This document shows, one piece after another, positions 19,760-29,196 of a stretch of 64,000 nucleotides of DNA. Each line of letters starts with the position of its first letter. The stretch's first letter is position 1. Under the pieces are notes generated by a model that saw nothing but the letters and a program-made list of their open reading frames with translations, ran no database searches and was not told where the DNA came from. This DNA is from Candidatus Obscuribacteraceae bacterium (GTDB lineage: Bacteria; Cyanobacteriota; Vampirovibrionia; Obscuribacterales; Obscuribacteraceae), in contig JBGASG010000005.1 of the NCBI GenBank assembly GCA_044229845.1, forward strand, positions 288,001-352,000. Direction: 5' to 3'. The position numbers and the translations under genes are program-made.

Positions 19760-20680
19760 ATGAAGTTTCAACGCATTGCCTGTGTGGACAACGTTAATCT
19801 CACTCCTGAGGCGTACAAGCGGCTCGCAAAGCTGTCCAAAGTCGAGTTCATACCGTGTCTTGCCGATCCCAAAGATACTGCGCAGCTCACTCAGCAGGTT
19901 GACGGTGCAGATTGTCTCTTGGTCAGTTGGCGCACCCGTGTCGACGAGGAAGTGATGGCGCGGCTGCCCGCCCTGCGCTACATCGGCTTGTGTGCGTCGA
20001 AGTACACCAATCCAGAAGAAGGTAACATCGACCTCGAAGCCGCGCGTCGCCGCGGCATCACCGTGTCAGCAGTGGGGCAGTACGGCGACGAGGCGACCGC
20101 GGAATTTATCTTCTGCGTGTTGCTCAATCTGTTTCGCGGCATGCAACCGACCCGCTGGAGTGACACGGCTTGTGAATTGCACGGCAAGTCGCTGGGGATT
20201 ATCGGCATGGGCGCCATGGGGCAGCATGTCTTGAAGCGCGCGATCGGCTTCGGCATGGATGTGCACTACTACAGCCGTACGCGTAAGCCTGAGAGTGAGC
20301 AACTCGGCGCTCGCTATGCGTCGAAAACCGAGGTATTGGCAGCCAGCGACATCATTTCTTTGCACGTCCCTAAGGGCATCAGCGCCATGACGGCCGATGA
20401 CTTCTCGACCATGCGACCGAGATCGGTGCTCATTAACACATGCCTGGGGATCGTCTTCGCTCCCCAGGATCTGGAGGACTGGTTGAACAGTCCCAGTCAC
20501 TTTGCAGTCATGGATGAATCGGCAGACGAGAGCTACAGAAAGTTTCGTTCACGCACCAATGTCATCTACCCGAACGTGGTGGCGGGCCGAACTGCAGAGT
20601 CCCGCCAGCGCCTCAGCATTCAGGTGCTGGACAATGTGGAAGCGTTTCTCACCGGTATTCCTCAGAACGTAATTAATTGA
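19760..20680 (+). CDS. D-2-hydroxyacid-dehydrogenase-fold NAD(P)-binding protein with atypical active site
   Basis: ELHGKSLGIIGMGAMG, SDIISLHVP; INTCLG replaces the usual INxxRG. Confidence 0.75.
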   Translation: MKFQRIACVDNVNLTPEAYKRLAKLSKVEFIPCLADPKDTAQLTQQVDGADCLLVSWRTRVDEEVMARLPALRYIGLCASKYTNPEEGNIDLEAARRRGITVSAVGQYGDEATAEFIFCVLLNLFRGMQPTRWSDTACELHGKSLGIIGMGAMGQHVLKRAIGFGMDVHYYSRTRKPESEQLGARYASKTEVLAASDIISLHVPKGISAMTADDFSTMRPRSVLINTCLGIVFAPQDLEDWLNSPSHFAVMDESADESYRKFRSRTNVIYPNVVAGRTAESRQRLSIQVLDNVEAFLTGIPQNVIN

Positions 20681-20783
20681 CGCCTTCGTGCTGTAGCCAA
20701 GAGCAAATTCATCTCGACTGAGCGTATATTTCTCAGGATGTAAAACAGCGACAGCGCTGGACGTGTCAAGAGAAACTACGAAT

Positions 20784-21569
20784 ATGGATTTGAACCTTAA
20801 AGGCAAACGAGCGCTGATCACCGGTGCCAGTTATGGATTGGGACACGCTTGTGCCGACGTTCTAGCCGGCGAAGGCGTTAACGTCGCAATATGTGCACGC
20901 GATAAAGCCAAGGTCGAAGCGGCAGCCAAAGAGCTGGCGGGCAAACATAGCGTCAAAGCGGCTGGTATCGCAGCCGACCTGACGAAAACAGAAGACCTCG
21001 AGCGATTAGTAAAAGAAGCGAGAAAGCAGATTGGTGGCATCGATATTCTCGTCGTCAGCACCGGGCATCCGCCCACCTACCCTTTCACTTCCGCCACTGA
21101 TGAGCACTGGCAGCAGGGCACCGATCTGGTTTTGAAGCCGCCGATCATGTTGACCCGCCTCGTGTTGGAAGAGATGAAGTATCGCAAGTACGGCCGCATT
21201 ATCTTCATCGGGTCTATCTTTGGCTTGGAAGCCGAGAAATCTTCCGTGGTGCAAAGCACCCTGCGAACCGGACTCAACGCTCTGGCCAAGTGCATCGCCA
21301 GTGAAGTCGCTCCCGATGGCGTGACGGTGAACGTGGTCTGTCCTGGCTACTTCGAGACACCGCTGGTCTACGACCTGGCCAAGCAATATGCCGACAACGG
21401 TAACTCGGTGGATGAAGTCTTGAACGAGTGGCGAGCCTATTCGCCGGTGAGATGTTTCGGCAAGCCTGAAGATCTGGGAGCGCTGGTGGCGTTTCTGGCC
21501 TCGCCGCGCGGCGAGTTTATGACAGGGACTACCGTCACCATGGATGGTGGCGCGGTCCGCAAGTACTGA
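20784..21569 (+). CDS. Short-chain dehydrogenase/reductase
   Basis: ITGASYGLG, VTVNVVCPG, MDGG. Confidence 0.9.
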   Translation: MDLNLKGKRALITGASYGLGHACADVLAGEGVNVAICARDKAKVEAAAKELAGKHSVKAAGIAADLTKTEDLERLVKEARKQIGGIDILVVSTGHPPTYPFTSATDEHWQQGTDLVLKPPIMLTRLVLEEMKYRKYGRIIFIGSIFGLEAEKSSVVQSTLRTGLNALAKCIASEVAPDGVTVNVVCPGYFETPLVYDLAKQYADNGNSVDEVLNEWRAYSPVRCFGKPEDLGALVAFLASPRGEFMTGTTVTMDGGAVRKY

Positions 21570-21579
21570 CGTTGAGGAA

Positions 21580-22857
21580 ATGACCTTGGCTAAGCAAAAT
21601 CAACTGAAAACCACATGCTGCATCGTGGGCGGTGGTCCGGCAGGGCTGATGTTGGGTTATCTGCTGGCCCGCGCCGGCATCGATGTGCAGGTACTGGAAA
21701 AGCATTCGGACTTCCTGCGCGACTTTCGCGGGGACACCGTACACCCGTCGACGCTCAATTTACTCGATGAGCTTGGCATTCTCAAAGATTTCCTGGCATT
21801 GCCCTTCGACAAGACTGAAGAACTGGGCGGTCAGATCGGTGATGACTTCATCGTGTTCGCCGACTTCAGGCGGATCAACGCCAAGTGCAAATTCGTTGCT
21901 TTCACGCCGCAATGGCATTTTCTCAACTTCCTTGCCGAGAAGGCGGCTGCCTTCCCAGGGTTTCACCTGCAAATGGACACCCAGGCAACCGATCTAATGG
22001 AGGAAAACGGCAAAGTCGTCGGCGTCAAAGCAGAGACCAAAAGCGGCACCAGCCTGACTGTCAAAGCAGACCTTGTCGTGGCTGCCGACGGTAGAGCATC
22101 TCTGATGCGAGAGAAAGCCGGATTCAAAATAATCGATGTCGGCGCACCCATGGACGTGCTCTGGATGCGCATGTCTCGGAAGGAATCAGATCCGCCGCAG
22201 ACGCTCGGACGCATTCAGATGGGACTGCTGTTTATCATGCTCAATCGTCATGATTACTGGCAGTGCGGTTTTGTCATTGCGAAGGGCAAGCTGGAGCAGC
22301 TGAAGGCCGATGGATTGGACAAACTGCGCCAGCGCATCAGCAGCATCGCGCCATTTGTGAGTGACCGCGTCGACGAGCTGAAATCCTGGGACGACATCAA
22401 ATTGCTGACCGTGAAAGTCGACCACCTGGAAAAATGGTATCGCGACGGATTGCTTTGCATCGGCGACAGTGCACATGCCATGTCGCCGGTCGGTGGGGTT
22501 GGAATCAACCTGGCGATTCAGGATGCGGTGGCAGCTTCGAACTACTTGCAAGAGCCCTTGAAGCATGGGTGCTGTGACGAGTCGGATCTGGAGCGTGTGC
22601 AGAAGTGGCGTATGTATCCGACTCGCATGACGCAACGTCTGCAGGTAGCAATCCAAAACGCCGTGATCAAGCCGACTCTCGAAAGTGCCGGGCCGGTTAA
22701 GGTGCCGGCGGCGGCGCGGATATTCCAGCATGTGCCTGCAGCGCGCGCCTTGCCTGCCACCATACTCGGTATTGGGTTCCGCCCGGAACACATTCGTCCG
22801 ATTCCGCTGCATCACAGGTGCGAGCAGAAAGACAAAACCCCGGCTGCCGTCGGTTAG
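21580..22857 (+). CDS. FAD-dependent monooxygenase/oxidoreductase (UbiH-like family)
   Basis: GGGPAG, ADG, IGDSAHAMSPVGGVGINLAIQDA. Confidence 0.9.
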   Translation: MTLAKQNQLKTTCCIVGGGPAGLMLGYLLARAGIDVQVLEKHSDFLRDFRGDTVHPSTLNLLDELGILKDFLALPFDKTEELGGQIGDDFIVFADFRRINAKCKFVAFTPQWHFLNFLAEKAAAFPGFHLQMDTQATDLMEENGKVVGVKAETKSGTSLTVKADLVVAADGRASLMREKAGFKIIDVGAPMDVLWMRMSRKESDPPQTLGRIQMGLLFIMLNRHDYWQCGFVIAKGKLEQLKADGLDKLRQRISSIAPFVSDRVDELKSWDDIKLLTVKVDHLEKWYRDGLLCIGDSAHAMSPVGGVGINLAIQDAVAASNYLQEPLKHGCCDESDLERVQKWRMYPTRMTQRLQVAIQNAVIKPTLESAGPVKVPAAARIFQHVPAARALPATILGIGFRPEHIRPIPLHHRCEQKDKTPAAVG

Positions 22858-23486
22858 ATGCCAAACTTATAGTCGATGACCGGCGCGCCGTCAGGCGTTT
22901 CTTCCCCGAATGGTTTTTCCGGCAGAGTTCCGACGTCTGCGGTCAGCGAAGCGGCTAACTGGGTTGGCAGGGCTGCGACCAGGTAAAGCAGTTGCACTGG
23001 CAATTTGAGATCGCGCAAGTTGATCTCTGTGACCGTTACGCCCCAGGTCCTCGCGGAGCGGTTCACGAGATCGAGGCAACGGCGTTCTAAAGCGCGCAGG
23101 TCGCCTACGCTTTCTCTGACTGTGCACTGCGGCAAGACACTGTTGAGCACGCTGCCCACCAACTGCGCTGTGGCGTCATGGGCATCGAACGTCTCGGTTA
23201 CCGCCTTCATGGGGTCATCGATTACATAAGAGTACGTTCCGCTGACGATGCTCTGTTTTGCCGCGCCGTCAAGGGTGACCGCGGGCAACGGCATGGAACG
23301 CGGCACTATATTGATTTTCCTGGCCATCTGGAGAAACGGCCAGACAAACACCAGTCCCGGTCCAACCACCTTACTGGCTCGGCCGAGATGGAAGACGACC
23401 AGGCGCTCGGTGTCGGGAACCCGGCGCGCGGCATAGAGGAGGAACACTCCTACGAGCAGCAGCGGCCAGAAGATTTCGCCCGGCAT
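22854..23486 (-). CDS. SPFH/band-7 (stomatin-like) membrane protein
   Basis: N-terminal TM, ERLVVFHLG..GPGLVFVWP, WGVTVTEINLRD. Confidence 0.85.
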   Translation of the reverse strand: MPGEIFWPLLLVGVFLLYAARRVPDTERLVVFHLGRASKVVGPGLVFVWPFLQMARKINIVPRSMPLPAVTLDGAAKQSIVSGTYSYVIDDPMKAVTETFDAHDATAQLVGSVLNSVLPQCTVRESVGDLRALERRCLDLVNRSARTWGVTVTEINLRDLKLPVQLLYLVAALPTQLAASLTADVGTLPEKPFGEETPDGAPVIDYKFGI

Positions 23487-23591
23487 GATTTGTTTGTCTC
23501 ACACGACAGAAAGCGGATTGTACTCCCAATTTTGGGGCTTCCGTTGCCTGCCCGGGTCATGACATGTAGACCCATGTAGAATTATCTGCAG

Positions 23592-23675
23592 GCCTTTGTG
23601 TCGGAACTGGTATACGAGACGCACTTAAAATGCGTTGCCCGTAAGGGATTGAGGGTTCGAGTCCCTCCAAAGGCA
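23592..23675 (+). tRNA. tRNA-Leu(TAA), no intron, CCA not encoded
   Basis: Acceptor GCCTTTG/CAAAGGC, anticodon arm ACGCA-CTTAAAA-TGCGT, long variable arm, T arm GAGGG-TTCGAGT-CCCTC. Confidence 0.95.
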
Positions 23676-23851
23676 GTCTTTTAAGTTCTCATTACATCAT
23701 CTGTACAGCGCCCGGGCGGGCGTTGCGGGCGTCGATTATCCGCCACATTGCCCGCTTATAACTTGATGCCATGGGAGAAACCGTCATAATTCGTTCACTC
23801 AAAATCCGGTTTCCGTTGTACGTTATTCCTGACGCCTGGAGTTTCTGCACA

Positions 23852-24181
23852 ATGATGTTTGATCGGTCCACTACAGCTTCCATGCCCAAACCTGTAACCG
23901 CCTCGGGATCCCATCGAGTCACCGGGATTATCGAGCTTGCCGACGGTAAGGAATTGCATGTCGACGTCATGCAAAGCTACGGCAGCAACGGACAGAAGCG
24001 TGCCGCTATGCACGATGTTCACCAGATGAAAGTCGTACCCTGGGTGGACGAGCCCAAGGGCAAGGCGCCTGGATTCTTTTCCACCATGGCTGGTCGCGTG
24101 GGCGGATTGGCAGTATGCAGCGCCGTCGTCGTTCTGGTTTCCTGGCAGATTGGCGTCTGGTTCGCCATCATAACTCGCTAA
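23852..24181 (+). CDS. Small hypothetical protein with C-terminal TM helix
   Basis: GGAG before ATG 23852; hydrophobic C-terminus. Confidence 0.5.
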   Translation: MMFDRSTTASMPKPVTASGSHRVTGIIELADGKELHVDVMQSYGSNGQKRAAMHDVHQMKVVPWVDEPKGKAPGFFSTMAGRVGGLAVCSAVVVLVSWQIGVWFAIITR

Positions 24182-24201
24182 CTCTTCGCTCAGGTCTTAG
24201 T

Positions 24202-26055
24202 ATGCCGCACCGAATGTGGTGCAGACAGGTATTGGTCAGTTTCTTGGCTGCCTGTGCTCTTCTCCTGAACTCTGTTCCGCCAATCTTCGCTCTGGAGACT
24301 GCCATGGCGGGACAATTCCCCGTACCTGATAAATACAAGGTGACGGCGAGCTTCGACAAGGAGAAGTATTTCCTCGGAGAGAACGTGCTGCTGCACTTCT
24401 GTGTCGAGAATACCGGCGCGCAACCGTTTTCTGTCGATGCCGGGGGCGACTATCGGGGAGCCGCGCGTCACCTGCGATTTAAGGTGACAGCAGTGGACGC
24501 GAGCGGAAAGGCTGCGCGCGATCCGCATCCCGCCAGCTATTGCATGGGCGGACTCAGTTCGTCACCGTCACTGAAGCCGGGCGAGAAGTTTTATGCCTCG
24601 TTACCCTTGATGCGTTACTGCGCCATAGATGCGCCCGGCACATACACTGTCACCGTCAGTCACGACCTGGGTTGGAAGCTTGCTGGGAAGAAACCTCCGA
24701 TAGCCTCCACCACAATCACGTTTGTGGCGCCCTCACCCGCCGAAGCACAGGCAGTCGTCGACAGGACGGCGAAACTTCCCGCCGATGGAAACAGCGTGTT
24801 CGGCAAGCGGACGGACGATTACGAGGACTTCAGCACACTGGCTTATCCAGTGTACTTTCCTATCTTGATGAAGCGATTGAAGACGACTGCCACAACCACT
24901 GCCGAGGACGAAGCCAATAAGCACACTCTGGAAGGCATCGGCGCCATCGCTACTTCGGAAGCCACGCATGCGTTGCTAGACCTTGCCGGCGGCAGCAACC
25001 CGAAACTGGCGTTGGAGGCTGCCGGTTATCTCAACCTGCGCCTGCCTGACCCGCAATTGACAGGAAAACTCGGCCCGCGCAACGTTTTCGAAGACCCGCA
25101 GAAAAGTGAGCGCCAATGGCTGGTCAAACATGCCTGGCGACCGGAGTTTGTGCCCGCGGTGCGCAAATTGGCGCGTGCCTATTTAAAGAGCAGCGACAAG
25201 CAACACATAGTAATGGGAGCATTTATGCTTGAGTGCGTCGGCACCGCCGATGACATCACGCCACTGACGGCGGCGCTCGATAAGGCTATCGAACAAACTA
25301 AGGGAATGAAACTGGAAGAGGGCATCTATCCCCGTCCTCGAGGTGCGGTCGCTGAACTGATGCGGGCAGCGGAGGTTCTGTCTAAACAACAGCACGCTCC
25401 GCCGACGACCAACCCGAAAACACCGGGCGAAGCGGTTCTGTTTCTCACCGCCATCGGTGCTGATAGAAAGTTTCGTCCATCGGGCTGGCAATCGGTCTAT
25501 GCGCGGTTGCTAAAGCACGAGTTGCCTTATGTTCGTGAGGTGGCACTGAACAACTTACCTTCGCCTACACCTGCGGAATTCAGAAAGCAGGTTGCGGACT
25601 TGCTGCTTGATCCCGAAGTCGACACACAGATTGCGGCGTGCCATGTCGCAGAGAAGGAGGTCGACTCCACGTTCAAGGGACCACTTTTGAAAGCGCTGCA
25701 GCAGGGCAAGGAAGAATGGCTTCTCCGTACGGCGCTCAACGCGGCGGCCAAGCAAGCTGTTTACAGTCAAGCCCTGATAATCCTTGCCGAGCGACTTGAT
25801 GAGCCGGGCATGACGCAGCACAGTTTTGACTTACTACTCGGTATCTTTACCGGCGCGCAGGGTTGGGGTAGCAACAAAGTTCCGGATGCTGCGGACGGTG
25901 CCAGGATGAAACCACTTTGGCTGGCGTTCTTGAAACAACACGCGAAGCAGATAGATGCGGGACAGCAGATCAAAATCGGTGATCCTGCATTGAGCAAAGA
26001 GATGTTTCCTGCAACCTTCCAATTCAATCTATCGGGCGGCAAGAAATGGCCATGA
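24202..26055 (+). CDS. Secreted protein with Ig-like N-domain and HEAT-like repeats
   Basis: Signal peptide; YVREVALNNL, LLRTALNAA helical repeats. Confidence 0.75.
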   Translation: MPHRMWCRQVLVSFLAACALLLNSVPPIFALETAMAGQFPVPDKYKVTASFDKEKYFLGENVLLHFCVENTGAQPFSVDAGGDYRGAARHLRFKVTAVDASGKAARDPHPASYCMGGLSSSPSLKPGEKFYASLPLMRYCAIDAPGTYTVTVSHDLGWKLAGKKPPIASTTITFVAPSPAEAQAVVDRTAKLPADGNSVFGKRTDDYEDFSTLAYPVYFPILMKRLKTTATTTAEDEANKHTLEGIGAIATSEATHALLDLAGGSNPKLALEAAGYLNLRLPDPQLTGKLGPRNVFEDPQKSERQWLVKHAWRPEFVPAVRKLARAYLKSSDKQHIVMGAFMLECVGTADDITPLTAALDKAIEQTKGMKLEEGIYPRPRGAVAELMRAAEVLSKQQHAPPTTNPKTPGEAVLFLTAIGADRKFRPSGWQSVYARLLKHELPYVREVALNNLPSPTPAEFRKQVADLLLDPEVDTQIAACHVAEKEVDSTFKGPLLKALQQGKEEWLLRTALNAAAKQAVYSQALIILAERLDEPGMTQHSFDLLLGIFTGAQGWGSNKVPDAADGARMKPLWLAFLKQHAKQIDAGQQIKIGDPALSKEMFPATFQFNLSGGKKWP

Positions 26056-26056
26056 G

Positions 26057-26695
26057 CTACTGCGTTGGCTGCTGACCGGCTGTATTTGTGCTTGCTCGAT
26101 CTGCTGGTGGATGCGCAGCTTGCGGCGTGTCGACGCTGTTAGCCGGTCTTTGCAGAGTTTCCCGATAAAGCTTCCAGTCTCTGTCCAGCGTAATGTCCAG
26201 GTTGAGTTTGGTTTCGGTCCCAGTCTGTAGCGCACGCACGGTGCTGGTGACTGCCTTGGGATCGGCGGTATAGAAAATGAAAGTGCGCACACCTTCGTTG
26301 GTGACTACACCGGCGAACAGCGAGCGCTGCTTGTTTTCCAATTGGGCAGCCAGCAGGTCTTCGACGTTATTTAGATCCTGGAAGATGTGCTGGTCCTGTG
26401 GCATGCCGGTATCGTCTGCCTTATACGGAACGCTAATCGATGCCGCGTACGGGTATTCAGCGGGCGCGACTCGCTTGTCGAGTGCCACCGCCTGCCGGAT
26501 GAAGATCGGCTTACCGTCCACCTGTCCTTCCGCCACTGCCCAGGGCTCGAAGCTTTCCTTTTGCCCGGTAGTCGTGGACTGCGGTGCCGGTACTTGCGTT
26601 TTCTGCGAAGCACAGCCTGATAAAACTAGTGAAACAGCCAGGGACACCAGCAGCGCACGGCTGCCACCGCCGGCGATGTTAGCGGGCGGCCGCAT
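26057..26695 (-). CDS. Lipoprotein with DUF695-like domain
   Basis: Lipobox LSGC; WAVAEG, TGMP, GVVTNEGVRTFIFY, DRDWKLY. Confidence 0.7.
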   Translation of the reverse strand: MRPPANIAGGGSRALLVSLAVSLVLSGCASQKTQVPAPQSTTTGQKESFEPWAVAEGQVDGKPIFIRQAVALDKRVAPAEYPYAASISVPYKADDTGMPQDQHIFQDLNNVEDLLAAQLENKQRSLFAGVVTNEGVRTFIFYTADPKAVTSTVRALQTGTETKLNLDITLDRDWKLYRETLQRPANSVDTPQAAHPPADRASTNTAGQQPTQ

Positions 26696-27596
26696 ATTGC
26701 GGTGCCTTGACTTTGCTCTCCAGGGTGCCGATGCCCTCGGCATGCATGGTGATCACGTCGCCGTCTTTCAGCCAGGCATATTTAGCCGGTGTGATCACTT
26801 CACCGGATTGGGGGTCGAGCTTGGCCGTGAACTCGGCGATGCAGCCACTGCCGACGGTGCCGCTACCGATAACGTAGCCGGCGTGCATGGTGATGTTTTG
26901 TTGTCCCAACCAGGCCATGATGCGCGGGAAGTTCCAGGCGCGTTTCTCGCCGGTAGTCGGATGTGTGTGGTAGATGGTGTTGTAATTGGTGCGGTTGCGT
27001 TCTTCGCCGTTGACGGTGAGCACCATCTCCATGTCGAGCACGCCGTTTTCATCCATCTTGAAGTTCTTTACAGGCACCACTTTCGGTCCGAAGGTTTTGC
27101 CCATGATCGATTTGCTGTTGCTCGGTCCCAGACCGGCGATGTCCTTCATCTGGATGTCGCGGGTCGACCAGTCGTTGAGAATCGTCAGGTAGCAATGCTC
27201 CTTGAAGAACTCAAGGGCTTCCTTTTCATTCGTTAACAGCTGTGTCTTGCCGATGATGCAGGCGATTTCAAATTCGTAGTCGGCAGCCTTGGTGCATTCT
27301 GGGATGGTGACATCCTCGCCGGGTCCGAAGACTTTTTCGGGCGGCAGGTCGGCGATGTAATAGGCGGCATGGTCGTACCAGCCCGGCCAGATGCTGGTGC
27401 CGCGTTTGTCGCGAATCTGGATTACATGTTTCTCAAAGCCCAGAAAGTCCATCAGCATGAAGGGTTGCGGAATCTCGGCATCGAGAAACTTGACGGTTTT
27501 GACTTCGCGTTTGATCAACATGGGACTCTGCTCCTGACCTGATAGACCTGATTTATGGGCAGCGCATATCTTACAATCTTCTGCGGATTGGTTCAC
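26679..27596 (-). CDS. Fumarylacetoacetate hydrolase family protein
   Basis: DYEFEIACIIGK, ILNDWSTRDIQ, GSGTVGSG, GIGTLE. Confidence 0.9.
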   Translation of the reverse strand: MNQSAEDCKICAAHKSGLSGQEQSPMLIKREVKTVKFLDAEIPQPFMLMDFLGFEKHVIQIRDKRGTSIWPGWYDHAAYYIADLPPEKVFGPGEDVTIPECTKAADYEFEIACIIGKTQLLTNEKEALEFFKEHCYLTILNDWSTRDIQMKDIAGLGPSNSKSIMGKTFGPKVVPVKNFKMDENGVLDMEMVLTVNGEERNRTNYNTIYHTHPTTGEKRAWNFPRIMAWLGQQNITMHAGYVIGSGTVGSGCIAEFTAKLDPQSGEVITPAKYAWLKDGDVITMHAEGIGTLESKVKAPQYAAAR

Positions 27597-27616
27597 CGAG
27601 GGTTTCTAACGAAATC

Positions 27617-27985
27617 ATGAAACACAGTGAGGCTTTCGAGAAGCTTGTAGCCGAAGTCATGCCCAGAATCAAAGAGATAACAATTGAAGACGTCCGCAAA
27701 AAGCAGGGCGCGGGCGAGCAATTTCACTTTATTGACGTGCGGGAAGACAATGAATTTGCGGCTGGGCGCGCCACAGGCGCGATGCATGTAGGTCGCGGTA
27801 TTCTGGAAAGAGACATAGAGAAGCATGTGCCCGACAAGGGCGATGAGATCGTTCTCTATTGCGGTGGCGGCTACCGCAGTGCGCTCGCTGCGGACAACCT
27901 CCAGAAGATGGGTTACACCAACGTACTGTCCATGGCCGGCGGCATCAGAGGCTGGCGCGAACGAGGTCTCCCGGAGGACCACTGA
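27617..27985 (+). CDS. Single-domain rhodanese (sulfurtransferase)
   Basis: IDVREDNEF, LYCGGGYRS, SMAGGIRGW. Confidence 0.95.
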   Translation: MKHSEAFEKLVAEVMPRIKEITIEDVRKKQGAGEQFHFIDVREDNEFAAGRATGAMHVGRGILERDIEKHVPDKGDEIVLYCGGGYRSALAADNLQKMGYTNVLSMAGGIRGWRERGLPEDH

Positions 27986-27987
27986 TT

Positions 27988-29052
27988 TTGAAGGCTGTCC
28001 TGGTTGTTTTTGTTCTGCTGCTGGCTATAGGTGGCGCCGGCGGCTGGTGGTTCTGGAGTCAAATTACGGAGCCGCACGCACATTTCATGGGCGGCGAGCG
28101 AGTTGAGATTACCGAGGGCTCGACCACCGAGCAGATTGCCGAACAACTGAAAACGGCGGGCATCATTACAGAAACGCTGCCGATGCGGGTTTACATCAAA
28201 CTGACTAATGCTGCGCCACGCATTAAGGCAGGGACGTATGTATTCGAGTCTCCGATCAGCAGTATGGATGTGGTGAAGAAACTGGAACAGGGCGGCATGG
28301 CCGGCTCCGCGAAGTTGACCGTCATCGAAGGCTGGAACCGCTGGGATGTCGCGAATGCGATGGCTGCCGTGCCGCAGTTCAAGATGACGAAGGAGCAGGC
28401 AATGGCTCTGGTCAACGATCCGCGACCGATCAAAGATATGGATCCAGCCGCCAAGACTTTGGAGGGCTACTTGTATCCCGACACTTACTTCATTACGTCG
28501 AAGACGACTCCCAAGGATCTTGTATTGGCGATGGTGAATCGCTTCAAAGAAATCTGGAAGACGCGCTTAGTCGATGCTGCGAAGCGCCGCAAGATGACAG
28601 TGCACAACACAGTCGTGGTGGGGTCTCTGGTAGAAACGGAAGCGAAGATTCCCGGTGACAGGCCGAAAATCGCGTCGGTCATCTATAACCGTCTCAACAA
28701 AAACATGACCTTGAGTCTCGATTCGTGCATCGTGTATGCATCGAAGGAAGCCGGCAAATGGCACTACGACGGCAAGGTGTATCAGAGTGATCTCGATCGC
28801 AAGACGCCATACAACACCCGCATGTACACAGGCTTGCCGCCTGGTCCGGTCGGCTCACCGCGCGTTGAGTGCATGGAGGCGGCGCTGGATCCGTCGAACA
28901 CGACCTATCTCTATTACGTGCGTAACCCGGATAATTATGATGGCGCGCACAACTTCTACTCGACGCCGGAGTCGTTTGAATATGGCGTGCAAGCGTTGCG
29001 CAACTGGGAAGCCAAACAACAAAAACCGCAACCCACCAAGTCGGGCAGCTGA
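27988..29052 (+). CDS. mltG: Endolytic transglycosylase MltG (YceG)
   Basis: N-terminal TM, IKAGTY, LEGYLYPDTY, SLVETE, IASVIYNRL, PYNTRMYTGLPPGP. Confidence 0.95.
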   Translation: MKAVLVVFVLLLAIGGAGGWWFWSQITEPHAHFMGGERVEITEGSTTEQIAEQLKTAGIITETLPMRVYIKLTNAAPRIKAGTYVFESPISSMDVVKKLEQGGMAGSAKLTVIEGWNRWDVANAMAAVPQFKMTKEQAMALVNDPRPIKDMDPAAKTLEGYLYPDTYFITSKTTPKDLVLAMVNRFKEIWKTRLVDAAKRRKMTVHNTVVVGSLVETEAKIPGDRPKIASVIYNRLNKNMTLSLDSCIVYASKEAGKWHYDGKVYQSDLDRKTPYNTRMYTGLPPGPVGSPRVECMEAALDPSNTTYLYYVRNPDNYDGAHNFYSTPESFEYGVQALRNWEAKQQKPQPTKSGS

Positions 29053-29060
29053 AGTCGTGT

Positions 29061-29167
29061 TGCTGGATCCGCACATTTTCGGCACGCGCGTGAGCAGTTT
29101 TCGTGTGTGAGCGCCGATTTTGATGCAAAACTGAGCACCGAACCGCTGAAAATGTGCGGATCCGGCA
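29061..29167. repeat. 23-bp inverted repeat between convergent genes
   Basis: TGCTGGATCCGCACATTTTCGGC ... GCTGAAAATGTGCGGATCCGGCA (two G-U-compatible differences on the + strand). Confidence 0.8.
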
Positions 29168-29196
29168 CACCTGTTCGAAGGGCAAATCGACTTGGG

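Noticed and set aside
23592..24200. Prophage or integrative element at tRNA-Leu or at the 39 kb tRNAs
   Set aside because: No integrase, no duplicated tRNA 3' end and no phage genes seen.
27617..27985. Rhodanese as sulfur donor for the Ubl/E1 operon
   Set aside because: About 14 kb away and coupled to mltG; no sequence evidence of linkage.
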